Both the position numbers and the translations under genes were made by a program. The notes beneath the pieces are model-generated. The model saw only the letters and a program-made list of their open reading frames with translations, made no database searches and was not told where the DNA came from. Positions 38,416 through 50,572 of a stretch of 64,000 nt of DNA are shown piece by piece. Numbering within the stretch: position 1 is the stretch's first letter; each line of letters starts with the position of its first letter. The stretch comes from Candidatus Eiseniibacteriota bacterium (GTDB lineage: Bacteria > Eisenbacteria > RBG-16-71-46): NCBI GenBank assembly GCA_044223005.1, contig JBGAML010000008.1:15956-79955 (forward strand), in the 5' to 3' direction.

Positions 38416-38981
38416 AGGACCTCTCCGTCGCCGGCCGCTACGCCCAGGCCCTGAAGCTGCTCGTCGAGCGGCACGCGGGTCCGGGGCCGGCGCTCGTCCA
38501 GGCGCTCGATCGCGTGCAGGCCGATCTCGGCTCGCTCGCCGAGCTGCTCCGGCCGGGCTCGCGGCTGGGCGACCTGCTCTCGCACCCGCAGGTGCGGCCC
38601 GAGGACAAGCGGGCCGTGCTGCGGACGGCGCTCGACGGCCGCGCGGAGCGATCCGTCGCCGTGTTCGCCGACCTGCTCCTGCGCAAGAAGCGCCTCGCGC
38701 TGCTGCCGCAGATCGTGCGCGACTTCGCGGCGATCGTGGACCGCGTGAAGGGCGTGCAGCACGCGCACGTGGTCAGCGCGGTGCCGCTCACGCCCGAGGA
38801 GCTCCAGCGCCTCCACGCCGGTCTCGAGAAGCGGACCGGGCTCAAGCTCACGGTGGACACGGTGATCGATCCGTCGCTCGTCGGCGGCGCCTACGTGCGC
38901 ATCGGCGACCGGATCATCGACCGCAGCGTCCACACCCTGCTCCAGACACTCGCGAACCGGCTGTACGAAGTCAGCGTCTGA
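38412..38981 (+). CDS. atpH: ATP synthase subunit delta
   Basis: VAGRYAQAL, SAVPL, DPSLVGG..RIGDRIIDRS. Confidence 0.95.
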   Translation: MKDLSVAGRYAQALKLLVERHAGPGPALVQALDRVQADLGSLAELLRPGSRLGDLLSHPQVRPEDKRAVLRTALDGRAERSVAVFADLLLRKKRLALLPQIVRDFAAIVDRVKGVQHAHVVSAVPLTPEELQRLHAGLEKRTGLKLTVDTVIDPSLVGGAYVRIGDRIIDRSVHTLLQTLANRLYEVSV

Positions 38982-39023
38982 CGGCGCCGACGAACAACCA
39001 CCCTCATCCGGGGTCTGCACCGA

Positions 39024-40532
<1,509 letters not shown>

Positions 40533-40536
40533 GACG

Positions 40537-41391
40537 ATGGCGTCCCTGAAGGATCTCCGGCGGCGCATCCGCGCCACCAAGAGCATGCAGCAGATCTTCA
40601 AGGCCATGGAGATGGTGTCCGCGGCCAAGCTGCGCCGCGCCCAGGCGCGAGCGCAGGCGGCTTCGCCGTACTCGCGCAAGATCTCCGAGATCCTCGCGAA
40701 CCTCTCCGGCGCCGCGGCGGATCTCGAGCATCCGCTCTTCAAGGCGCGCGAGGTGAAGCGTTCGGCGCTCATCGTCATCACCGCCGACCGCGGCTTCGCC
40801 GGGACGTACAGCACGAACATCCTCCGCGCCGCGGAGGCGGTCGTGCGCTCGCGTCCCGCCGGATCGGTGCTGCTGGTGGTCACGGGCCGCAAGGGCCGCG
40901 ACTACTTCCGCCGCCGCGGGTACGCGCTGCACGCCGCGCACACCGATCTCGCCAGCGACGCCAGCATCGACCTCGCCCGCCAGATCACCGACGAGATGGC
41001 CGCGCTGTTCCTGCGCGGCGAGGTGGACAAGGTCGAGGTCATGTTCACGCACATGGTGAACGCCCTCGTCCGGCGCGTGATCACGGAGACGTTCCTGCCG
41101 ATCGGCAGCGAGGCGACGCAGGGCGCGCAGGATCGCGGGACGATCTTCGAGCCGAACGCGGAGACGATCTTCGGCGAGCTGGTGCCGCGGTACGCCACCG
41201 CCAAGTTGTACGCCGCGCTGGCCGACGCCTTCGCGGCCGAGCACAGCGCCCGCATGGTGGCGATGGGTTCGGCGCGCAAGAACGCCGGCGAGCTGGTGGA
41301 TGCGCTCACGTTGACGCGGAACCGCCTGCGCCAGGCGGCGATCACGCGGGAAATCGCCGAGCTGGTCGGCGGCGCGGAAGCGCTCAAGTAA
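40537..41391 (+). CDS. atpG: ATP synthase subunit gamma
   Basis: AMEMVSAAK, EHSARM.AM, NRLRQAAITREIAE. Confidence 0.98.
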   Translation: MASLKDLRRRIRATKSMQQIFKAMEMVSAAKLRRAQARAQAASPYSRKISEILANLSGAAADLEHPLFKAREVKRSALIVITADRGFAGTYSTNILRAAEAVVRSRPAGSVLLVVTGRKGRDYFRRRGYALHAAHTDLASDASIDLARQITDEMAALFLRGEVDKVEVMFTHMVNALVRRVITETFLPIGSEATQGAQDRGTIFEPNAETIFGELVPRYATAKLYAALADAFAAEHSARMVAMGSARKNAGELVDALTLTRNRLRQAAITREIAELVGGAEALK

Positions 41392-41426
41392 TCAACCGGT
41401 GCTGGCGGCCGAACGGCGCCGGCTGA

Positions 41427-42854
<1,428 letters not shown>

Positions 42855-42858
42855 TCCC

Positions 42859-43140
42859 ATGGCCGCGACCTTCAAGCTCTCGATCCTGACCCCCGAACAG
42901 GCGGTGTTCGAGGGCGAGGTGGAGTACGTCGAAGCGCCCGGCAGCGAGGGCTACTTCGGCGTGCTCGCGCACCACGCCGCGATGGTGACGACGCTGGGCA
43001 AGGGGCTGCTGAAGGTGCGCGGCACCGACGGCCAGACGCAGAGCTGGCCGGTGAGCGGCGGGTTCTTCGAGGTCAGCGACAACAAGGCGACGGTGCTCGC
43101 GGACTCGGTGACGATGCCGGCGGGAGCCGCGAAGGCGTAG
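42859..43140 (+). CDS. atpC: ATP synthase subunit epsilon (short, N-terminal domain only)
   Basis: ILTPE, PGSEGYFGVLAHHA, VSGGFFEV; 93 aa. Confidence 0.95.
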   Translation: MAATFKLSILTPEQAVFEGEVEYVEAPGSEGYFGVLAHHAAMVTTLGKGLLKVRGTDGQTQSWPVSGGFFEVSDNKATVLADSVTMPAGAAKA

Positions 43141-43167
43141 CGGCTCACCACAGCGACACGAAACGCG

Positions 43168-43203
43168 CGACGGGCGCGGAGCGAAAAGGCTCCGCGCCCG
43201 TCG
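43168..43203 (+). terminator. Hairpin ending the atp operon
   Basis: CGACGGGCGCGGAGC-gaaaag-GCTCCGCGCCCGTCG. Confidence 0.65.
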
Positions 43204-43454
43204 TGCGTTCGGGGCAGCATCGGGCCAGCTCCATCGCCGCTCCATCCCCGCGGAGTTCGCTCCATGTCCGTGGAGTCCCCGATGACGCGGACGCCGGCGC
43301 GCGGAGCCGGCGCCGTTTCGGGCTGATGGAGGCAAGACGCACGGCGGCAGCCGGATGCGGTGGACGCCGTGCCCGGTCTCGCGGGGATCCTCCCGGCGGT
43401 CCCGATCTTGCGGTGGTCCGTCTGCGACCGGATCCACCACGAAAGGAGCGCGCC

Positions 43455-43976
43455 ATGCATCGTCGCATCGTCCTGTCGCTCGTCATGGCTTTGCTGTTCA
43501 GCGGCACGGCTTCCGCGGAGTCGCAGGCCTGGGACGTCTACTACGGACCCGACCAGGCGTTCGTGAACGTGATCATCTCCGGATTCGAATCGGACACGCT
43601 GCATTTCGTGTCCGCGGCCGGCGCGATCGCCGTGCCCCAGGACTCGCTCCACCGGATCGTGAAGAGGAACGCGGCCCATCCCGAGATCGGCATCCTGGGC
43701 ATGGTGGCGGGCACGGTCATTGGTGGCGCGACCGCGCCCCGGCAGACGGGGCTTGCCGCGCTGTTCAGCCCGGTCGAGATCGTGGGCCGCGCCCTGGTCG
43801 GCGGTCTCCTGGGCGGCGTGATCGGAACCGTATTCGGATCGTCGATGGGTGCCGACAAGGTGTACCGCCTCGACGAGATGAGCCCCGAGCAGAAGCGAAA
43901 GCTCCTGACGCGTCTCTTCTCGCACGTGAGGACGGGCCGCCGGCCCGTGCTCTGCCCGACCTGTCCGGGGGAGTGA
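43455..43976 (+). CDS. Exported hypothetical protein with Gly-zipper-like hydrophobic segments
   Basis: AAGGAG SD; signal peptide ending TASA; GxxxG repeats. Confidence 0.65.
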   Translation: MHRRIVLSLVMALLFSGTASAESQAWDVYYGPDQAFVNVIISGFESDTLHFVSAAGAIAVPQDSLHRIVKRNAAHPEIGILGMVAGTVIGGATAPRQTGLAALFSPVEIVGRALVGGLLGGVIGTVFGSSMGADKVYRLDEMSPEQKRKLLTRLFSHVRTGRRPVLCPTCPGE

Positions 43977-44030
43977 GGATCGGCCGGCGCGGCGGCGTCG
44001 CCCGAGTGCGGATGCGATGTGCGAACGCCA

Positions 44031-44555
44031 TCAGAGGGCGCGCGCGTCGGGCCCCAGAAATCGCGCGCGCAGCACGGGGCGCAGCGCCGCCATGGTCGCC
44101 TCCAGCTCATCGGCCCGCTCACGCCGCGCCGGCGCCGCGTCCGCGGCGTCGGCGATCGACTGCGCGGCGCGCTCCGCCAGCGGCAGGCACGTGTCGCGCT
44201 GACCCAGGCGCGCGAGCAGCGCGACCGCTCGCCGGACGAGCGAGCGCGTCGCGGCGATCGTGGCGAGCGCATCGTCCACGGTCACCGCGCCGCGCCGGAC
44301 CTCGCCGAGCAACCGGCACTCGAACGCGCTGCAGCAGGCCGGCCGGTGGGGATAGACGCCGCATCGCGTGCCGCGCAGGGCGGCGCAGGGCTGCACGAGG
44401 ACGTCGCCTTCGGCATCGCCCTCGTCTACCTCGAGACCCAGCGCCACGAGCCGGGTGGCTTCCGCGCGGCCCGTCAGCTCGACCTCGGCGAAGAGCGTGC
44501 CGTCGCAGCAGAGTCCGCATCGCGTGCAGAGCGTGTCCGTCAGGGAGGGCGTCAT
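44031..44555 (-). CDS. YkgJ family cysteine-cluster (CxxCxxCC) protein
   Basis: CTRCGLCCDG...QPC..L..C.VY..RP.CC..FEC. Confidence 0.85.
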   Translation of the reverse strand: MTPSLTDTLCTRCGLCCDGTLFAEVELTGRAEATRLVALGLEVDEGDAEGDVLVQPCAALRGTRCGVYPHRPACCSAFECRLLGEVRRGAVTVDDALATIAATRSLVRRAVALLARLGQRDTCLPLAERAAQSIADAADAAPARRERADELEATMAALRPVLRARFLGPDARAL

Positions 44556-44637
44556 GCCCCGACCATGCGCCCCCGCGGGCCAGAGCGGAAGTGGCTGGTG
44601 CGCGCCGCCTGCGGGTGCCGGCCGGGCGGGAAGCCCC

Positions 44638-44659
44638 TTTGTTCGGCAATCGAACATAG
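44638..44659. promoter_or_regulatory. Palindromic operator candidate upstream of GH16
   Basis: TTTGTTCGGCAATCGAACATAG; 18/22 identical to 56725-56746. Confidence 0.6.
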
Positions 44660-44737
44660 CGTACGCTTACGCGTGACCTCTTGAGCCGCACCATCCCGCT
44701 GAAGCACCCCGCCCATCCCGGCAGGAGGATTTCCCCC

Positions 44738-46633
44738 GTGAGCAAAGCGCTGTTCATCCGCTCCCTCTGCGGTCTCGCGCTGGCCGGCCTGCTCTCCGTC
44801 GGCAACGCCGTTCCCGCCCATGCCACCTGGTCGCTCATCTGGGCCGACGAGTTCAACGGCACGTCGCTCAGCACGGCCGACTGGAACTACGACATCGGCA
44901 CGGGATGCCCGAACCTCTGCGGCTGGGGCAACAATGAGCTGGAGTACTACCGGGCCGAGAACGTCGCCGTCACCGGTGGGAACCTCGTCATCACGACGAA
45001 GGCGGAGTCGTTCGGCGGATCCAGCTACACGTCGGGCAAGATCACGACGAAGAGCAAGCACACCTTCACTTACGGCCGCATCGAGATGCGCGCGAAGCTC
45101 CCGACCGGCGGCGGCATCTGGCCCGCGTTCTGGATGATGCCCCAGTCGAACGTCTATGGAGGCTGGGCCGCGAGCGGCGAGATCGACATCATGGAAGCCG
45201 CCAACACGACGAGTTCGGTGGGCGGGACGATCCACTACGGCGGCACCTCTCCCTCGAACACGTCCACCGGTGGATCGTATACCCAGGGGGGCGCGAACTT
45301 CGCCAACACGTTCCATACGTACGCGGTCGAATGGCAGCCGGACACCCTCCGCTGGTATGTGGATGGCATGCCCTATTTCACGGCGACCAGCGCCCAGTGG
45401 TTCAGCAGCACCGTTCCGAGCAATCCGCGGGCGCCCTTCGACCAGCCGTTCTACATCCTCCTGAACACGGCGATCGGCGGCAACTACACCGGCTGCACGA
45501 GCGCGGGCTGCATCACCGCCAGCCTCCCGCAGCAGTACCTGGTCGACTACATCCGGGTCTACCAGGACATCGCCAATGTTCCGCCGATCGTCGACATCAC
45601 GTCGCCGGCCAGCGGCACGCTGCCGGCGGGGAACATCACGATCGACGCTTCCGCGGTCGATCCGGACGGCGTGATCACGAAGGTCGAGTTCTACAACGGG
45701 TCCGCCTGGCTCGGCGAAGCTGCCGCGGCGCCCTACTCGTACACCTGGAACTCCGTTCCGAACGGTTGTTACGACGTGATGGTGCGCGCGATCGACAATC
45801 TTGGCGGCATCGCCACGAGCCGCGTCGACCTGAAGGTCGGTACCGGTTGCGGTCAGGCCTCGTACCTGGGCGCCGCATTCGGCTTCCCCGCGCGGGTCGA
45901 GGCCGAGAACTACGACGCGGGCGGCGAAGGGGTGGCGTATCACGACGCCGATCCCACGAACCGAGGCGGACAGTATCGCCCCGCCGAGGGCGTCGACCTC
46001 GAGGCCTGTACCGATACCGGCGGCGGATACGACCTCGGCTGGATCTATCCGGGCGAGTACGTGGAATACACGGTCAGCGTCCCCGCGTCCGGGACCTACC
46101 CGATCAGCGTTCGTGTCGCGTCGCAGTCCGCGGGCGGCGCGTTCCACCTGGAGTTCAACCGCCGCGATGCCACAGGCACCGTCGTCGCACCGGCCACGGG
46201 CGGCTGGCAGACGTGGGCGACGGTCTCGACGATCGCGACGCTCACCGCCGGGACCCAGGTCATGCGCTTCGTGCCGACGGCGGGTGAGTTCAACCTCAAC
46301 TACTTCGACGTCGGCTCGGCGCCCGCGGCGGTGCTGCCCGACGGTGGTCCGGCGCGCGACGTCCTGCACGCCGCGTATCCGAACCCGTTCAACGGAACGC
46401 TGGCGATTCGATACGACCTGCGCGCGCGCACGACGGTACGCCTCGCCCTCTTCGATGTGCGTGGCCGGCGGGTGAAGACGCTGGTGTCGGGGGAGACGCT
46501 CGACGCGGGGAGCCACGAAGCGCTCTGGGATGGCCGCGACGATGCCGGCCGCGTCGCCGCGGCGGGGATCTACTTCTACCGACTGGATGCCGGTTCCCAC
46601 TCCGAAACCCGGAGGCTGGTGCGGACGGAGTGA
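44738..46633 (+). CDS. Secreted GH16 beta-1,3-glucanase-like enzyme with Ig-like, CBM6-like and FlgD-Ig/T9SS-like C-terminal domains
   Basis: AGGAGG SD; WADEF, GWGNNELEYY, WPAFWM, GEIDIME; EAENYD..GEG..YHD; YPNPFN..FDVRGR..WDGRD..GIYFYRL. Confidence 0.92.
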   Translation: MSKALFIRSLCGLALAGLLSVGNAVPAHATWSLIWADEFNGTSLSTADWNYDIGTGCPNLCGWGNNELEYYRAENVAVTGGNLVITTKAESFGGSSYTSGKITTKSKHTFTYGRIEMRAKLPTGGGIWPAFWMMPQSNVYGGWAASGEIDIMEAANTTSSVGGTIHYGGTSPSNTSTGGSYTQGGANFANTFHTYAVEWQPDTLRWYVDGMPYFTATSAQWFSSTVPSNPRAPFDQPFYILLNTAIGGNYTGCTSAGCITASLPQQYLVDYIRVYQDIANVPPIVDITSPASGTLPAGNITIDASAVDPDGVITKVEFYNGSAWLGEAAAAPYSYTWNSVPNGCYDVMVRAIDNLGGIATSRVDLKVGTGCGQASYLGAAFGFPARVEAENYDAGGEGVAYHDADPTNRGGQYRPAEGVDLEACTDTGGGYDLGWIYPGEYVEYTVSVPASGTYPISVRVASQSAGGAFHLEFNRRDATGTVVAPATGGWQTWATVSTIATLTAGTQVMRFVPTAGEFNLNYFDVGSAPAAVLPDGGPARDVLHAAYPNPFNGTLAIRYDLRARTTVRLALFDVRGRRVKTLVSGETLDAGSHEALWDGRDDAGRVAAAGIYFYRLDAGSHSETRRLVRTE

Positions 46634-46857
46634 TCGGGGACGACCCCGGGTCGATGAGAGCGTTCGTTTCCGAGCGGCCACCCTTCGGGGTGGCCGCTCG
46701 CGCATGTGCCGCGGTGGGAACGGGGCGGATGGCGAAGGCCGGGCGCTTCGCCAACCGGGCCCGGCAGGCGCTGCAGCTCCGCGGCGCCGAACGTCTGTTC
46801 GTCCGGGCAGCCTCGAGCGTAGGGAGGGGGTCCACCCTTCCCAACTCGGAGGCCCCC

Positions 46858-49308
46858 ATGCGCGCCATGCGACTTCCTGCGTCGGTCCTTTCGGCCCTCG
46901 TGCTGCTGTCCGCGATCGCCACACCGCCCCCGGCGGCGGCGTTCGTCAACTTCAACTGGGCCGCGGCCGTCTCGGGCAACACCGACGACGCGAGCAAGTG
47001 GAGCCCCAGCGGGGTGCCCACGTCGCTCGACAACGTCTACATCGACCTCGCGGGCACCTACACCGTGTCGTTCACGGCCGGCACCCCGGCGCTCAGCACC
47101 CTCAACACGAACGGCGGCAGCGCGATTTGGAACGTGCTCAACCCCACCACGATCGGATCGGTGTGGGTGGCGAACTCGGCTTCGCCCTCCTTCCAGGCCG
47201 GGCAGATCGTCACGCAGTACCTGGAGCTGGGGAATGGGGGCAGTCCCACGCTCACGCTGACGCGGCAGTCCTCGTTCGGCCCGGCCGGCGTGTTCCGTTC
47301 CGCGGGAATCTCGCACCCCGCCGGGAACGGTGACGAGATCGGCGCGTTTGGCGCCGTCGCCACGCTGAACGTGTTCGGGGGCGGCCTCTACGAGACGGGC
47401 TACAACACCACCGCTCCGTGGGGGCTCGTGATCGGGCCGCAGGCCAACACGACCGGCATCGTGAGCGTGGCCGGGTCGTACACGCTACCCACGACCTACA
47501 GCCGCCTCCACGCGATCGGCACCGCGCCCATCAAGGTGGGCTTCACCGGCACCGGCACGCTCAACGTGAACAACGGTGGGATCTGCGACGCCGAGAACGA
47601 CGTGATCGTCGCCGAGGTGACCGGCTCGAACGGAACGCTCAAGGTGGGCAACACCGGCACCGGCATCGGGACGCCCCGGCTCAACGTGGGGAACAACCTC
47701 GGGATCGGGCGCGGCGTGTTCGCCGTGGCCGCGGGCGTCGCCACGATGGAGGTCTCGACCCCCGGTATCGTTCGCGTGGCGGGGCGCACCGACGTGGGCA
47801 GCGAAGGCGGCGACCAGGGCTGTACGCTGCGCATGCAGGAGGGCGGCACGCTGGTCGCGTCGGGCGGGCTGTACGTGAAGCCCACTTCGGGCGCGGGCCT
47901 CGACCTGCGGGGCGGAGTCGTGCACGTGAACGGCGGCGCGTTCCAGTACCCGGCGAACCGGTTGCTCAACGTGACGAGCCACGTCGGGAACCCGCAGCTG
48001 TGGATCAGCAACCATGGCAGCAACACGGGCCCCAGCCAGCCGGCGTCGATCTCGCAGCTGTTCGTGGGGCGTGGTGGCACCGGCATCATGCGCGTGACGG
48101 GCAGCGGTACCGTGCTCGCCCTCGGGCTCGGCGCGACCGCGGTCGGGGACTCGCTCGGTGGCATCGGCAACGTGGTCGTGGACTCCGCGGGCACGATCGC
48201 GTCCACCGGCCAGATCGCGGTGGGTACGTCCGGGAGCGGCGTCGTCGAAGTGCGCGGCGGCGCCCGGGCCAACTTCACGACCACGTTCCTCGGCGCCGCG
48301 GCCACGGGCAATGGCCGCATCACGGTGACCGGACCGGGCTCGGTGTTCCACGCCGTGCAGGATGTGTACGTGGGCGGCGGGATCAACGGAGACGCCGGCA
48401 CCGGCACGGTGGAGATCGATTCGAGCGGCACGTTCGAGCTGGTCTCGAACGGCGGCATCAACACGCCGCTCGTGCGCATCTTCCCGACCGCGGGTCAGCT
48501 CGCGATCTCGAACGGTGGATTGCTCACCACGCCGGGAGGCGTGTCGAACCAGGGCTCGACCGTGCTGTCGAACGGCACCGTGGACGCACTCTACTTCTCG
48601 CAGCCCCCGACGGGGCGCCTGAGCGGCTGGGGGGCGTTCACGGGGCACCTGCAGAACAACGGTCTCGTGAGCCCGTCATCGCTCGGCGACAACTTCGGCG
48701 CGTTCCGCGTGGGCAACCAGTTCTGGAACTTCACGGTGGGTCACTACCACGTGGACCTCGGACCCCACGTCGGACGGCGTTGCGACACGCTCGTGGTGAC
48801 GAACACCGCGAACCTCGACGGAACGCTCGACCTGGCGACGGACGCCTCCTTCGTCCGGGTGACGGGGGACACGTTCACGGTGATGACGTACGGGGCACGC
48901 ATCGGCACGTTCGCGACCGTCACGTGGAACGGCACGCCGCTCGGCGGCCGGGCGCAGGTCGTGTATGGCCCCAACGCCGTGTGGGTGATCATGACCGGAA
49001 CCACGGGCGTGGACGATGGTCCGAACACCGCGGTGTCCGACCTGCGGCTCGCGCCCGTCTCCGTCCGCGGCGGCGCGGCGTTCGAGCTGGCGCTGCCCCG
49101 TGACGCGCAGGCCCGCGTGAAGCTCTATGACGTGACGGGACGGCTCGTTGCCACCCTCGCCGACGGCGCGCTCGTCGCCGGACGCCACACGCTGGCGGCG
49201 CCCGAGGCGGTCGCCCGCCTCGGCAGTGGCGTGTTGTTCGCCCGCGCCGAGGTGCGGGACGACTCGGGAGTGCGGGTGCTCACGGCGCGCACGACGTTGC
49301 TCCGGTGA
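46858..49308 (+). CDS. Secreted Gly/Thr-rich beta-helix repeat protein (T5SS/PEP-CTERM-associated-repeat-like) with C-terminal sorting-like domain
   Basis: Repeats VG..GTGTL.V..GG and TVTGPGS; end LYDVTGRLVATL..G..GVLFAR. Confidence 0.75.
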   Translation: MRAMRLPASVLSALVLLSAIATPPPAAAFVNFNWAAAVSGNTDDASKWSPSGVPTSLDNVYIDLAGTYTVSFTAGTPALSTLNTNGGSAIWNVLNPTTIGSVWVANSASPSFQAGQIVTQYLELGNGGSPTLTLTRQSSFGPAGVFRSAGISHPAGNGDEIGAFGAVATLNVFGGGLYETGYNTTAPWGLVIGPQANTTGIVSVAGSYTLPTTYSRLHAIGTAPIKVGFTGTGTLNVNNGGICDAENDVIVAEVTGSNGTLKVGNTGTGIGTPRLNVGNNLGIGRGVFAVAAGVATMEVSTPGIVRVAGRTDVGSEGGDQGCTLRMQEGGTLVASGGLYVKPTSGAGLDLRGGVVHVNGGAFQYPANRLLNVTSHVGNPQLWISNHGSNTGPSQPASISQLFVGRGGTGIMRVTGSGTVLALGLGATAVGDSLGGIGNVVVDSAGTIASTGQIAVGTSGSGVVEVRGGARANFTTTFLGAAATGNGRITVTGPGSVFHAVQDVYVGGGINGDAGTGTVEIDSSGTFELVSNGGINTPLVRIFPTAGQLAISNGGLLTTPGGVSNQGSTVLSNGTVDALYFSQPPTGRLSGWGAFTGHLQNNGLVSPSSLGDNFGAFRVGNQFWNFTVGHYHVDLGPHVGRRCDTLVVTNTANLDGTLDLATDASFVRVTGDTFTVMTYGARIGTFATVTWNGTPLGGRAQVVYGPNAVWVIMTGTTGVDDGPNTAVSDLRLAPVSVRGGAAFELALPRDAQARVKLYDVTGRLVATLADGALVAGRHTLAAPEAVARLGSGVLFARAEVRDDSGVRVLTARTTLLR

Positions 49309-49414
49309 TGGCGGCTGGGCCTGCGACGCTTCGCCCGACGCGGATCCGCCGAACAGGCGGATGCGGAGCCGCACGTCCGGCGGTGTGGGAGGGGGGCCCG
49401 GGTTGCCGGGCCCC

Positions 49415-49864
49415 CTATCCCGATCGATACGATTCGAACTCGTTGGTCTCGCTCGTGAGCAACGAGAGCAGTTTCGAGTGCAGGAACAGCTTCTCCTTGC
49501 CGGCGGAGATCTCCCGCAGGACGCCGATCTCGACGAGCTGCTTGAGCTGGCGGGCCGCGGCCTGGCGCGCGACGATTCCGGCTTCGACGACGTTCGCGAT
49601 GCGGCAGTAGGGCCGCTCGAACAGGACGTCGACGAGTTCGCGCGTGTAGACCTTCGGCCGACGCGATCGGACGTGATCCCGCGTGGCGTCCGACAGCGCG
49701 CAGATCGTGTCGAGCTTGTGGCGCGTCCAATCGGCGGTCTGGCGGACCGCATCGAGCATGTAGAGGATCCAGCCTTCCCAGAAATCGCGACACGTCAGGA
49801 CGACATGTCGCGGCGGGCGACGCGTCAAGCCAGACATGTCGCGAAATCGGCCGTCATGCGCCAT
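49415..49864 (-). pseudogene. C-terminal remnant of a Fic (SoFic-type) AMP transferase
   Basis: WEGWILYML..VYTRELV..LFERPYCRI..RQ.A..LKQLVEIGVL..GKEKLF; no HPFxDGNGR catalytic domain. Confidence 0.75.
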
Positions 49865-49944
49865 GAAGGCAAGTCATCGGGTGCGGAGCGCGAGGGCCCC
49901 GGTCCCGCCACGGGTTCCCGGGTTCGCCCGGCACCGGCCGCCGC

Positions 49945-50208
49945 TCAGCGTTCGCCGCCCGTCCGGAAGCGCAGCTTGCCCGCGAGGACGATGCCGGCCA
50001 GCACGAGCGTGCAGATGTTCGCGGCCACGAGGGGCGTCGAGTGGATCTTCGCGCCGTAGACGATCCACAGCGTGACGCCCGTCACGGTGACGAGATACAT
50101 GGTGAGCGAGATGTCGTCGGCCGATCGGCGGCGCCAGACCGTGACGGCCTGCGGCAGGAAGGCGAAGGTCGTGCAGAAGGCGGCGATGTAGCCCAGCAGT
50201 TCGGTCAT
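49945..50208 (-). CDS. SemiSWEET (PQ-loop/MtN3) transporter
   Basis: 87 aa, 3 TMs, FLPQ, DIS, LW..YG, P...AN. Confidence 0.9.
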   Translation of the reverse strand: MTELLGYIAAFCTTFAFLPQAVTVWRRRSADDISLTMYLVTVTGVTLWIVYGAKIHSTPLVAANICTLVLAGIVLAGKLRFRTGGER

Positions 50209-50572
50209 GCATGCTCCGGGACGTGGCCGTACGGGAAACGGGATTGCGGATTGTCGTCGCAGCCTCGCAGTCCCGTCTCGAGCGGGCAAGCAACTGGCCG
50301 CGGAACCGCAATCCGCTCTTCTCGAACGCAGCCCGCCTCCGCGCGCGCGCGTCGCGCGTGCTCCCGGTGGATGACGGCGGCGAGACGCGAAAGCCCACCA
50401 TTGACGCGCCCGCGCGTCCCATCGGACACGTCCGCGCGCCGCGGTCCTGAACCGGCGCTATCGTATCCCGGTAGACTTGTCGCCCGAGCGTTGGGCGGCT
50501 CGGATCCTCAGCGCCGTGCGACGGCCCGTCCGCGACCGCGCCGCGCGACGCCGACCGCGTTGGAGTCCGAGC

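Noticed and set aside
44638..44659. Palindrome as a LexA/SOS box
   Set aside because: Spacing (TGTTC-N7-GAACA) does not match the LexA motifs I know (TGTTC-N4-GAACA, GAAC-N4-GTTC), and the neighbouring genes are glucanases
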